A stretch of 18,925 bases of DNA, taken from Candidatus Nanohaloarchaea archaeon (GTDB lineage Archaea > Nanohalarchaeota > Nanosalinia > Nanosalinales > Nanosalinaceae). The DNA lies in NCBI GenBank assembly GCA_042217695.1, contig JBDGSE010000044.1, positions 1 to 18,925 of the forward strand, written 5' to 3'. Below, one piece after another: positions 6,794-15,122 of the stretch (position 1 is its first letter; every line of letters starts with the position of its first letter). The translations under genes were made by a program, and so were the position numbers. The notes beneath the pieces are model-generated. The model was not told where the DNA came from. It saw nothing but the letters and a program-made list of their open reading frames with translations, and searched no databases.

Positions 6794-9058
6794 CTAGGCG
6801 TAGTAATCCGGAGTTTCTTCCTCCCCGCTCTCGATCTCCTGCATCTTCTGTGTCATCCGGCGGTACTGGTCCATGTTCTGGTCGGTAGCCGTCGGGTTGA
6901 CCTCTTCGACCGCCTCCTCGAAGTCTTCCATCGTGACTTCCTCTCCTTCGCTTCTTATCGCATTCATGCCCGCCTCTCTACAGACGGATTCGATGTCACT
7001 GCCCACGAACTTCTCGGTTTCGGAGGCAAGCCTTTCGAGGTCGACGTCCTCCGCCAGAGGCATGTCACCGGTGTGTACGTCGAAGATCTTTCTCCGGGCC
7101 TGTTCATCCGGGACAGGTATCTCTACGGTACGGTCTATCCTTCCAGGCCGCATGATAGCAGGATCTATCATGTCCGGCCGGTTGGTCGCGGCGATGACTG
7201 TCACGCCTTCAAGGGACTCTATGCCGTCCAGTTCTGTCAGCAGCTGGTTTACGACCCGGTCGCCGACCCCGGAGTCCATCCGGGAGCCTCTTCTCGGCGC
7301 TATCGAATCTATTTCATCTATGAACAGGATGGTGGGTGCGACCTGCCGCGCCTTCTTGAATATTTCTCTGACCGCTTCTTCCGATTCCCCGACGTACTTC
7401 GAGAATATCTCCGGGCCCTTTATCGAGATGAAGTTGGCGTTCGCCTCGTTGGCCACGGCCTTCGCCATCATGGTCTTCCCGGTTCCGGGCATGCCGTAGA
7501 GCAGGATGCCCTTCGGGACCTCGATACCCATGTTGTCAAACCGGTCAGGGTATTTCTGCGGCCATTCGACCATTTCCCGGAGCCGGTCCTTGGTGTCTTC
7601 GAGGCCGCCTATGTCATCCCATGAAACCTTTGGGACTTCGACCATGACCTCTCTCATCTGGGATGGTTCGACCATCCGCATCCCCTCGATCAGGGCGTCC
7701 CGGTCGACCACCAGTCTTTCAAGCACGTCGCTGGGTATCTCCTCGTCCATGTCTATCTCGGGTAAAACTTTGCGTATGACAGACATCGCTGCCTCCTTGG
7801 CCAGCGCCTCGAGGTCTGCACCGACGTAGCCGTGGGTCTTGTCTGCTATCTCGTCGAGATCCGCGTCGTCGTCCATCGGCATGTTCCGGGTGTGGATCTG
7901 CAGGATCTCCTTTCTTCCGTCCCGGTTCGGCACCCCGATTTCGATTTCCCGGTCGAATCTTCCTCCTCTTCTCAGGGCAGGGTCGACCGCGTCGGGGCGG
8001 TTGGTCGCTGCTATGACTATGACGTTTTCGCGTTCCTCCAGGCCGTCCATCTCGCTGAGCAGGGTAGCGACGACTCTTCTCTCTACTTCTCCACCTGTTT
8101 CGTCGCGTTTAGGTGCTATGGCGTCGATCTCATCGATGAAGATGATGGCTGGAGAGTCTTCCTGCGCTTCCTCGAACTTTTCCCGCAGCTGTTTCTCTGA
8201 TTCGCCGTAGTACTTCGACATTATCTCTGGTCCGTCGATAGAGAGGAATGTGGCGTCTGCCTCGTTGGCCACGGCCTTCGCCAGCAACGTCTTGCCTGTG
8301 CCGGGCGGTCCCTGGAGTAAGACGCCGGATGGGGCGTCGATACCCAGCTGCTGGAAGACTTCAGGGTGTTTGAGAGGTAGTTCTATCATTTCCCGGACTT
8401 TCTGGACCTCGTCGTCGAGGCCGCCGATATCTTCGTAGGTTACATCCGGGACCTTTACCTGTGCTTCTTCAGGTTCTACCGCCTGCTGTTTCATCTCGAT
8501 CTCCGTTTTTTCGGTTATCTTTACCGGTCCGTCTGGCCGTGTTTTTACGACGGATAGCTTTGTCTCGCCGAAGCTGAATCGGAAGTCGCCTCCACCGATA
8601 TCGAACATGTCGTCGAAGAGTCCCTGCGTGGCGTCCTTGTCTCTTCCCGGGACGACGATGTCTCCGGACATCACCACGCGGCCTCCAAGACCGCGCTTGA
8701 ATATGTTCGGGTTGGATACCTGCATCATCACTCCCTCCTCCGCCGGGGCCAGGGTTACCTTGTCCGCCTCCTGGACATCGGCGGGCGACACCCTGACGGT
8801 CTCTCCCAGCGAGGTGCCGGCGTTCTTCCTCATGTAGCCGTCCATCCGGGCGATACCAAGCCCCTTGTCCGCTGGATAGCTCCTTGCGACTATACCTGCT
8901 GTTTCCCGGTCGCCCTCCAGGAGGACTGCGTCACCCTCGCGGACATCGAGTTCTTCCATGATTTTGCTGTCGATTCTGACGATTCCCTTCCCTACATCCT
9001 GTTGTGCGTTGGGAGGTACCTCTCCAACTCTCAGCTTGACTTCGTTTTCTTCAGACAT
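6794..9058 (-). CDS. cdc48: CDC48/VCP-family AAA+ ATPase
   Basis: 754 aa. N-domain (DVGKGIVRID, RMDGYMRKNAG), two AAA modules (GPPGTGKT / IFIDEIDAIAPKR; GMPGTGKT / LFIDEIDSIAPRR), SRH motifs, C-terminal YYA. Shine-Dalgarno AGGTGA at 9065-9070. Confidence 0.97.
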   Translation of the reverse strand: MSEENEVKLRVGEVPPNAQQDVGKGIVRIDSKIMEELDVREGDAVLLEGDRETAGIVARSYPADKGLGIARMDGYMRKNAGTSLGETVRVSPADVQEADKVTLAPAEEGVMMQVSNPNIFKRGLGGRVVMSGDIVVPGRDKDATQGLFDDMFDIGGGDFRFSFGETKLSVVKTRPDGPVKITEKTEIEMKQQAVEPEEAQVKVPDVTYEDIGGLDDEVQKVREMIELPLKHPEVFQQLGIDAPSGVLLQGPPGTGKTLLAKAVANEADATFLSIDGPEIMSKYYGESEKQLREKFEEAQEDSPAIIFIDEIDAIAPKRDETGGEVERRVVATLLSEMDGLEERENVIVIAATNRPDAVDPALRRGGRFDREIEIGVPNRDGRKEILQIHTRNMPMDDDADLDEIADKTHGYVGADLEALAKEAAMSVIRKVLPEIDMDEEIPSDVLERLVVDRDALIEGMRMVEPSQMREVMVEVPKVSWDDIGGLEDTKDRLREMVEWPQKYPDRFDNMGIEVPKGILLYGMPGTGKTMMAKAVANEANANFISIKGPEIFSKYVGESEEAVREIFKKARQVAPTILFIDEIDSIAPRRGSRMDSGVGDRVVNQLLTELDGIESLEGVTVIAATNRPDMIDPAIMRPGRIDRTVEIPVPDEQARRKIFDVHTGDMPLAEDVDLERLASETEKFVGSDIESVCREAGMNAIRSEGEEVTMEDFEEAVEEVNPTATDQNMDQYRRMTQKMQEIESGEEETPDYYA

Positions 9059-9068
9059 TGACGTTCAC

Positions 9069-9398
9069 CTAGCATTTTTTCCAGTGCATACGTTCGATGA
9101 TGTTTTCGTCCTCGATTATTACCGTGAATATGTGGTGTGTGACCTTTTCTTCCCATTTCTCGAAGTATTCCTCGACGGTGTCGATGTGGGGTCTTGCAAC
9201 GATGAATACCGAGTTGTCTATCCTTATGTTGGGTATCTCGTCCATGATGCCGCTTTTCTCGTATTCGTAGCGTTTTCCGTTGCGCTTCACAGTCTGCCGG
9301 TATCCGAACAAACCTCTGTAAAACTTGTTCCTCTCGTAGACCGAATCGAATTTCTTCTTTTCCGTGTTGTAAGTAAGCAGTGAGGCTTCCTCGGACAT
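9069..9398 (-). CDS. small hypothetical protein, possibly Cas2/VapD-like ferredoxin fold
   Basis: 109 aa ORF with a TTTAAA element 25-30 nt upstream. Its stop overlaps the cdc48 SD. Pattern LLTYNT...RNKFYRGLFG...RIDNSVFIV...VEEYFEKW...HIFTV. The fold call is by-eye inference. Confidence 0.8.
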   Translation of the reverse strand: MSEEASLLTYNTEKKKFDSVYERNKFYRGLFGYRQTVKRNGKRYEYEKSGIMDEIPNIRIDNSVFIVARPHIDTVEEYFEKWEEKVTHHIFTVIIEDENIIERMHWKKC

Positions 9399-9422
9399 AC
9401 ATCAGGATGTTTTTCCTTAACG

Positions 9423-9428
9423 TTTAAA
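9423..9428 (-). promoter_or_regulatory. putative TATA box (TTTAAA) for the 9398 ORF-cdc48 operon
   Basis: Lies 25-30 nt upstream of ATG 9398 in the AT-rich divergent gap 9399-9503 shared with radB. Confidence 0.55.
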
Positions 9429-9503
9429 TCAATTTTTAATCACGTCCGTAAAAAATTCTGTGAGTGGTCTTACAGATAAAAGATTTCAAGAGAATTATTC
9501 GAC

Positions 9504-10190
9504 GTGAAAGTCGAGCGCCTCTCGACAGGCTGCGAGCCGATTGATTCTCTTCTCGGGGGAGGGATAGAGAAGAAGGTTATAACCAATGTATACGGAGAGC
9601 CCGGTACGGGCAAGACTAATTTCTGTATCCAGGTCGCGGCTGAGGTCGCCTCCAGCGGCGACAAGGCGGCTTTCATAGACTCCGAGTCCGGTTTTTCCCC
9701 CGAAAGGTTCGTGCAGGTGGCTTCCGAGGACGCGCTGGAGAACGTCTTCGTGAAGAATCCTACCGACTTCGAGGAACAGCAGGAGGCCGTCGACTCTCTG
9801 GAGGGGCTGGTAGATGAAGAGGATATAGAGGTCATAATAATGGACTCCGCGGTCTCTCTCTACCGTCTGAAGGTAGACGGTGACAACGCCTCGGAGATAA
9901 ACCAGAAACTGTCCCGACAGCTCTCCACGCTGTCGCAGATAGCCCGCAAGAAAAACATTCCGGTGTTGATAACGAATCAGGTCTACACCAGTTTCGACGA
10001 GGACGACCTGGAGCTCGTGGGGCGCGACGTCCCAAAGTACTGGTCGAAATGCCTGCTCAGGGTCTCCGGCGATTCCGGTGTGAGGAAGATAACGGTGGAC
10101 AAGCACCGCTCGATACCTGAGGGAAGAAGCACCCAGTTCGAGATAACTGATAACGGGCTTGAAGAACCGGAAGAGAAAGGACTCTTCTAG
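9504..10190 (+). CDS. radB: DNA repair and recombination protein RadB
   Basis: 228 aa. STGCEPIDSLLGGG, Walker A GEPGTGKT, FIDSESGFSPER, Walker B IIMDS, ITNQVY, and the RadB basic patch KHRS. No RadA N-terminal domain. Confidence 0.93.
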   Translation: MKVERLSTGCEPIDSLLGGGIEKKVITNVYGEPGTGKTNFCIQVAAEVASSGDKAAFIDSESGFSPERFVQVASEDALENVFVKNPTDFEEQQEAVDSLEGLVDEEDIEVIIMDSAVSLYRLKVDGDNASEINQKLSRQLSTLSQIARKKNIPVLITNQVYTSFDEDDLELVGRDVPKYWSKCLLRVSGDSGVRKITVDKHRSIPEGRSTQFEITDNGLEEPEEKGLF

Positions 10191-10242
10191 AGATTTAAAT
10201 GACGGTGTGAAAAATTGTTGGCATGCGGAAAGAGGTACTGAA

Positions 10243-11013
10243 ATGAAAGTAGCGCTTCTGGGTCCCGCGGGCACATACACACATCAGGCCGCAGAGGAAT
10301 ACTTTGACGAACTGGAACCCGTGTTCCTATCCACTGTGAGAGAGGTGTTCGATTCCGACGTCGAGGTAAAACTTGTACCTGTGGAGAACTCTCTGGGCGG
10401 CGGCGTCACCGACACCGTGGATCTGCTGAGGGAGAGAGACGTTGAAGTAACCGGTGAAAAAGTGCTGCCCATCGAGCACTGTCTTATCTCGCCGGAAAAC
10501 TCGGTTGAAGACATCGAAAAAGTGAGGTCGCATCCCCAGGCGCTTTCCCAGTGTCAGGAGTTTATAGCCGGTCATGACTGGGAACAGGAGGAGTCTCCCT
10601 CCACCGCAGAAGCAACGGAAGACCTGTCTCCCGGGGAGGCCGCGATAGCATCTGAAGCCGCGGCGAACGGCCTGAACCTTCTCGAGGAAGGTATACAGGA
10701 CAGTGATTCGAACGTCACCCGTTTCCTAGTGCTGAACGGTGAACGCGGAAAAGGCGACAGGACATCCATTATACTGGAGCCGGGAGAGGACCGGCCAGGG
10801 CTTCTGAGCAACATGCTTTCATGTTTCTCCGGTCACGGGATAAACCTGACGCATATCCAGTCCCGCCCGAAAAAGACTGAACTCGGCGAATACTACTTCT
10901 ACGTGGAGGCCTCCGCGGGAGAACATGAACAGCGGTTCCAGGACGCGCTGCAGTGTCTGGAGACTTACGCCCGGGTCGAGGTCCTGGGCTCCTACACCGG
11001 TGACAGGATATGA
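10243..11013 (+). CDS. pheA: prephenate dehydratase (PDT + ACT)
   Basis: LGPAGTYTH, VPVENSLGG, SHPQALSQC, NVTRF, ACT domain EDRPGLL...INLTHIQSRP...YYFYVE. Start moved to ATG 10243, which has GAGGT at 10232-10236 and avoids overlap with radB. Confidence 0.93.
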   Translation: MKVALLGPAGTYTHQAAEEYFDELEPVFLSTVREVFDSDVEVKLVPVENSLGGGVTDTVDLLRERDVEVTGEKVLPIEHCLISPENSVEDIEKVRSHPQALSQCQEFIAGHDWEQEESPSTAEATEDLSPGEAAIASEAAANGLNLLEEGIQDSDSNVTRFLVLNGERGKGDRTSIILEPGEDRPGLLSNMLSCFSGHGINLTHIQSRPKKTELGEYYFYVEASAGEHEQRFQDALQCLETYARVEVLGSYTGDRI

Positions 11014-11351
11014 GAGACGCGATCGAAAACCTACGGCTTTCGATAAGAAAGGTTTCCGAAAAAGCGGCGGAACAGGACGACGTGGTCAGGTTCGACATAG
11101 GCCAGCCAAGCTTTGACACACCAGAACATGTGAAGGAAGCCGCCAGTGAGGGGCTGGAGCACAGACAGGGCTACTCTCCTGTTGCAGGGATCGAACAGCT
11201 CCGGGAGGCGGTCGCAGGAGAAGAGTCCATGAAGAAAGGTGTCGAAGTTGGGAAAGAACAGGTGATGATCACCACCGGCGGGATGGGCGCCCTCTATTCT
11301 GTGCTGGCGGCGGAACTCGGCCCTGAAGTCGTAGACGCTGCGGGCGTGTAG
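11010..11351 (+). pseudogene. truncated class I/II PLP-dependent (aspartate/aromatic) aminotransferase, N-terminal ~105 aa only
   Basis: SIRKV...FDIGQPSFDTPEHVKEAA...GYSPVAGIEQLREAVA...QVMITTGGMGAL...LGP is a typical aminotransferase N-terminus. Similarity stops at about 11324. No NP-NP-G, DE-Y or PLP-lysine motif follows, and only about 130 nt remain before topA. ATGA overlap with pheA. Confidence 0.85.
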
Positions 11352-11483
11352 AAGTACGATGTCGGGGTCCCTCTGGTTAAAAGCTGGATGCCGCAGCGGC
11401 AGATTCTCTTTCCTTTTTGTCTGATTTCTTTAGAAAGCTGCCGCAGCATGTAAAATTTTTCCGCGGGGTTGTTGATAAGGTTT

Positions 11484-13523
11484 TCAGTCCCAGTCGTCCT
11501 TTGTCGGGCAGTCCGGGTCTATGCACATCGAATACGGTTTCCTTCCTTTCCGGATGACCTTTATCCTCGGTGTGTGGCATTCGTCGCAGGTCTCGTCCAG
11601 GGACTCTATCTTTCCGTCTCCTGGCAGCGGGTAGGTGTTCTCGCAGTCCGGGTAGTTGGAGCAGCCCACGAATCGGCCCTTCTTCGTCTTGATGATTCTC
11701 AGGGTGCCGTCCTCACACTGGTCGCAGGGGCCGAGCTGCCTTCTTTTTTCGCGTTCGGCGTCGATAGTCTCCACCAGTTCGGCGCCTATCTCCTTCTCCT
11801 TCTTCTTGAAATTCTTGAGTATATCCTCCAGGTTTTCCCGGGCCTCGTCAAGCACTTCCTCTCTGGACTCTTTCTCCTCGCGGATGGCCTCCATCTTCTC
11901 CTCGAATTCCCGTGTCAGTGCCTCCGAGAGAACGTCGGGTGCGTAGTCCTCCAGCGTGTCCACTATGGTCAGTCCGAGGTCGGTCACCTCTATAGGTTCG
12001 TTATCGATGAAGTTCCTGTTGTACAGCCGGTCGACCACCTGAGCGCGTGTGGCCTTTGTACCCAGGTTCTTCTTTTCGAGTTCCGAGACTATGCCGGACT
12101 GCGAGTAGCGGTTCGGTGGCTGCGTCTCCTTCTCCGCCAGCTCGAACTCCTCTACGTCCAGTATCTCTCCCTCCTCCAGGTCAGGTAGTTCGGCCTCTTC
12201 TACCCGGACGTATGGGTCGTAGAGGTCGAACCAGTTTCTCTCCTTGGTGACCTTGCTGTTGGCATGGAACTCGTGCCCCTTGACCCCCAGTTTCAGGGTG
12301 AGAGACTGCCTTTTCGCGGCGTCCCCGAACACCGCGAAGAAACGCTTTACAACCAGGTCGTAGATCTTTCTCTGCTGTTTTGAAAGGCCGGAGGGGTGCT
12401 CACCTGTCGGATAAATCGCGGGGTGTGCGTCGTCCTCCTTCTTGCCCTGGCGGGTGTAGAGGTCGTCCTTGTCCAGTACCTTCTGCGCTAAATCTTCGTA
12501 GTTGTCCTGTTTCTTTAGTTTCCCGAGAAGGTTTTTGTAGCCGATTTTCGGCGGTAGTTTCTGGGATTCGGTCCTGGGATAGGAGATGAGGCCCTGTTCG
12601 TAGAGTTCCTGTGCCAGCTGCTGCGTTCTCTTGGGAGAGATGTTGAACTGGCTGGAGGCCTCCTTCTGGAGCCCTGTCAGGTTGAAGGGTATCGGAGGGT
12701 TGTGCTTGTAGTTGTTGACATCGATACCGAGGACCTCTGTCATGTCCTCTCCCTCGACCTGTGAAAATATACGTTCCGCTTCTTCTTCGTCCCATATCCT
12801 GTCTTCCTCTTCTCCCTGATACTTTGCCTGGAACTCCTCGTTGTGTAAAAATATCTCCCAGTATGGGTCTGGTTCGAACTCCTGTATCTCTCTTTCACGT
12901 TCCGCCAGGACTTTCAGCGCAGGACCCTGGACTCTGCCCGTGGAAAGAGTCTTGTAACGGTCGTTCTTCCTCACGGCCTTCATCAGCGCCCTTGAAACGT
13001 TGATACCGTAGTAGAAGTCGAGTATGTGTCTCGTTATACCGGCCTCGGTCATCCCCCGGTCGAATTCCTCCAGGTCGTCGAACGCGTTTCTAAGGTCCGA
13101 GGGGGTCAGAGTCGAGAACTTCATCCTCTTTATCTGGCTTTCGTCCGGGTCCGCCAGGTGTTTTATAACGTTCGCGCCGATGACGGAGCCCTCAAGGTCG
13201 AAGTCGCATGCGTTGATGTACTCGTCCGCCTTCTCTATCTGGTCTTTCAGGTTCCGATAGTACTTCTTGACGTAGCCTGCGTCGTCCTCGGTCTCGAATA
13301 TCGGAGCCCACTCTACGTCGAACACCGGATAGTCCCAGCCGTCGCTGACCTGTTCCAGGTTGAATATGTGGCCGACCGCGGGCGCGATGATGAGCTCGCC
13401 CTCGTCCGTCTGAATCCTGTAGTTTTTAACGCCCCGGTTTTTCTCTATCGAGTAGTCTCCGAGCGCGTTCGCGATACGGGAGGCTACTTTCGGCTTTTCG
13501 CCTATCATCACTCTGGTCGGCAT
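11484..13523 (-). CDS. topA: DNA topoisomerase I (type IA)
   Basis: TOPRIM (IGEKPKVA, PAVGHI, NACDFDLEG), STGRVQGPAL, catalytic GLISYPRTES, DAHPAIYPT, NLGTKATR, and two C-terminal C4 zinc ribbons (CDQC..CSNYPDC; CDEC..CIDPDC). Confidence 0.97.
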   Translation of the reverse strand: MPTRVMIGEKPKVASRIANALGDYSIEKNRGVKNYRIQTDEGELIIAPAVGHIFNLEQVSDGWDYPVFDVEWAPIFETEDDAGYVKKYYRNLKDQIEKADEYINACDFDLEGSVIGANVIKHLADPDESQIKRMKFSTLTPSDLRNAFDDLEEFDRGMTEAGITRHILDFYYGINVSRALMKAVRKNDRYKTLSTGRVQGPALKVLAEREREIQEFEPDPYWEIFLHNEEFQAKYQGEEEDRIWDEEEAERIFSQVEGEDMTEVLGIDVNNYKHNPPIPFNLTGLQKEASSQFNISPKRTQQLAQELYEQGLISYPRTESQKLPPKIGYKNLLGKLKKQDNYEDLAQKVLDKDDLYTRQGKKEDDAHPAIYPTGEHPSGLSKQQRKIYDLVVKRFFAVFGDAAKRQSLTLKLGVKGHEFHANSKVTKERNWFDLYDPYVRVEEAELPDLEEGEILDVEEFELAEKETQPPNRYSQSGIVSELEKKNLGTKATRAQVVDRLYNRNFIDNEPIEVTDLGLTIVDTLEDYAPDVLSEALTREFEEKMEAIREEKESREEVLDEARENLEDILKNFKKKEKEIGAELVETIDAEREKRRQLGPCDQCEDGTLRIIKTKKGRFVGCSNYPDCENTYPLPGDGKIESLDETCDECHTPRIKVIRKGRKPYSMCIDPDCPTKDDWD

Positions 13524-13546
13524 AAAGGTTCTGAGGCGTGTCTATT

Positions 13547-13554
13547 CTTAAAAA
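13547..13554 (-). promoter_or_regulatory. putative TATA box (TTTTTAAG) for topA
   Basis: 24-31 nt upstream of ATG 13523 in the AT-rich divergent gap. No SD visible. Confidence 0.5.
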
Positions 13555-13656
13555 CGTGAACCGTCTACTCAACAACAGTTGAGACGAAAAGCATATAATT
13601 GAAGACATCCAAATGTCGAAAGTGATAAATTTGTGTCACCATCAAGTAATAATGAG

Positions 13657-14853
13657 ATGGAGCAGTACGACGTTTCGCGTATAGAAGAATTCGAGGGGCC
13701 CTACAGGGTAACCGAGAACGGGATGGAACAGCTGACTTTTACAGAGCTGGCTGACTACTTTCTGGACCCGCAGTACGACCTCATCGAGAGAGACCTTGGA
13801 AAGAAGCGAGACCTTAAAAAGCGGCCGAAGACTCTCTACGGTAGCGCCCAGCCGATGTTCTCTTCAGAGCCCAACGAGTACGAGGAGAAAAAGATAGGAG
13901 AGTTCCGGGAGAGACGGGACGAAACTGATGCGTTCATGCGTGTAAAGGATGCCGGAGGCTGGAAAAGGTTTGACCTGAACATAAGACATGATGCGGACCC
14001 GTACTCTCCCGCCACACCATTCAGTATAATCACCGCCGATCACGATAGTTCAAACGCCCGGTTCGGCATCCGCATCGCGAGGAACTATGACACCGACCTG
14101 CTGGAGCTTAACGACGCCATGAACTCGCATCTTGTCCGTCAAAACCTACCAGAACAGGTCGATGAGGAGAGCGGCTACGACCCCTCCATGCTTGAAGGCT
14201 TTCGTTACTGGGCCCAGGAGCCCGAGCTTTTCGCTGCGGCCGATACGCCCGAAGGTGTAAACGATGAGATAATAGAGAACTGGCCGATGCTGGACCCAAT
14301 CACTGGTAGAGACTATCGTGTGGCCGAGCTTCGGGAGGACCCCCGGTTCGATTTCGCCGACTTCGAGATGGCGTTCCTCTACAACTGGGGTCACGACCCG
14401 TACGCCGGCGGTGTAACTCCGGAGAGAGCCTCCCAGTTCGCCAGGAGAATCGCGACGGATCACGCCCTGGGCATGGACAAGAGGCTGGACAGGAAACCCT
14501 TCGAGTATTTCACGGACGCTAGCTCGGAGCATGACAGGGGCTACATTACTTTCGGGGACAAGGAGTATATCTTGCTGACGCCGGAGGAGCATGACTTGGA
14601 AAGAGACCTGAGTGATGCGCTGCACCAGATAGGTGCGGGCATGGAAGAGATGTCCGAGATGAGTGCGGGAGCGGGAGACGAAATCCGGCGGGAGACTGTG
14701 GACAAGCGGAAGGACCAGATAAAAGACGAGCGCGACAGGATACTTGAAGAGGTAGACGAGGACATATCACATCTTATACCTGAGAACATCCCACAGAGTT
14801 TTGATCCTGACCTCTTCAAGGACGAGAGGCTTCTCGGCCCGGAGTGGGTATAA
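13657..14853 (+). CDS. large acidic hypothetical protein, possible atypical kinase-like fold
   Basis: Long ORF (398 aa from ATG 13657, or 406 aa from GTG 13633) with halophile-type composition. CGAAA plus GATAAATTT at 13617-13632 precede the ATG. Contains IATDHALG-x5-DRKPFEY-x13-TFGDKE-like segment. Function is speculative. Confidence 0.85.
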   Translation: MEQYDVSRIEEFEGPYRVTENGMEQLTFTELADYFLDPQYDLIERDLGKKRDLKKRPKTLYGSAQPMFSSEPNEYEEKKIGEFRERRDETDAFMRVKDAGGWKRFDLNIRHDADPYSPATPFSIITADHDSSNARFGIRIARNYDTDLLELNDAMNSHLVRQNLPEQVDEESGYDPSMLEGFRYWAQEPELFAAADTPEGVNDEIIENWPMLDPITGRDYRVAELREDPRFDFADFEMAFLYNWGHDPYAGGVTPERASQFARRIATDHALGMDKRLDRKPFEYFTDASSEHDRGYITFGDKEYILLTPEEHDLERDLSDALHQIGAGMEEMSEMSAGAGDEIRRETVDKRKDQIKDERDRILEEVDEDISHLIPENIPQSFDPDLFKDERLLGPEWV

Positions 14854-14870
14854 AAGAAAAAGAAAGAAAA
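14852..14870 (-). terminator. oligo-T archaeal terminator for the serS / small membrane protein transcript
   Basis: The minus strand reads TTTTCTTTCTTTTTCTTTT a few nt after the stop codon at 14875-14877. Confidence 0.6.
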
Positions 14871-14874
14871 TGAT

Positions 14875-15087
14875 TTAGTTCATCGATCCAGCGATCATGG
14901 ATGCGACTACTATGAGTGCGGCCGAGAGCGCCACGAAATCTCCGCTGGGGGACACGCCTGCAAGGGCGCTTCCTGTCTTCACCACGAAAACGGTGACGTA
15001 GAAGGACAGGATTCCCAGGATTATCAGGACTACGAAACCTACGACGCTCTCCACAAGGTTCTCAAGCGCTTCAAATACGGATGCCAT
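14875..15087 (-). CDS. small two-TM membrane protein (70 aa)
   Basis: Two hydrophobic helices (VVGFVVLIILGILSFYVTVFVV; FVALSAALIVVASMIAG) linked by GVSPSGD. GGTGA SD upstream. Directly downstream of serS. Confidence 0.8.
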   Translation of the reverse strand: MASVFEALENLVESVVGFVVLIILGILSFYVTVFVVKTGSALAGVSPSGDFVALSAALIVVASMIAGSMN

Positions 15088-15122
15088 CCTCTTTCACCTG
15101 TCCATGTTTTGGTTCCGGGGCA

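Noticed and set aside
6665..8837. Several plus-strand ORFs (up to 319 aa)
   Set aside because: Antisense shadows of cdc48.
9031..9402. 123-aa alternative minus-frame ORF
   Set aside because: Arg/His-rich, overlaps the cdc48 start. The 9069-9398 frame has better composition, TATA spacing and stop/SD coupling.
10159..10242. N-terminal extension of pheA in the ORF track
   Set aside because: Overlaps radB, has no similarity to PDT or chorismate mutase, and an SD precedes ATG 10243.
11351..11483. Frameshifted or read-through continuation of the aminotransferase
   Set aside because: Too little room before topA for the missing ~270 aa, and no PLP-binding motifs visible downstream.
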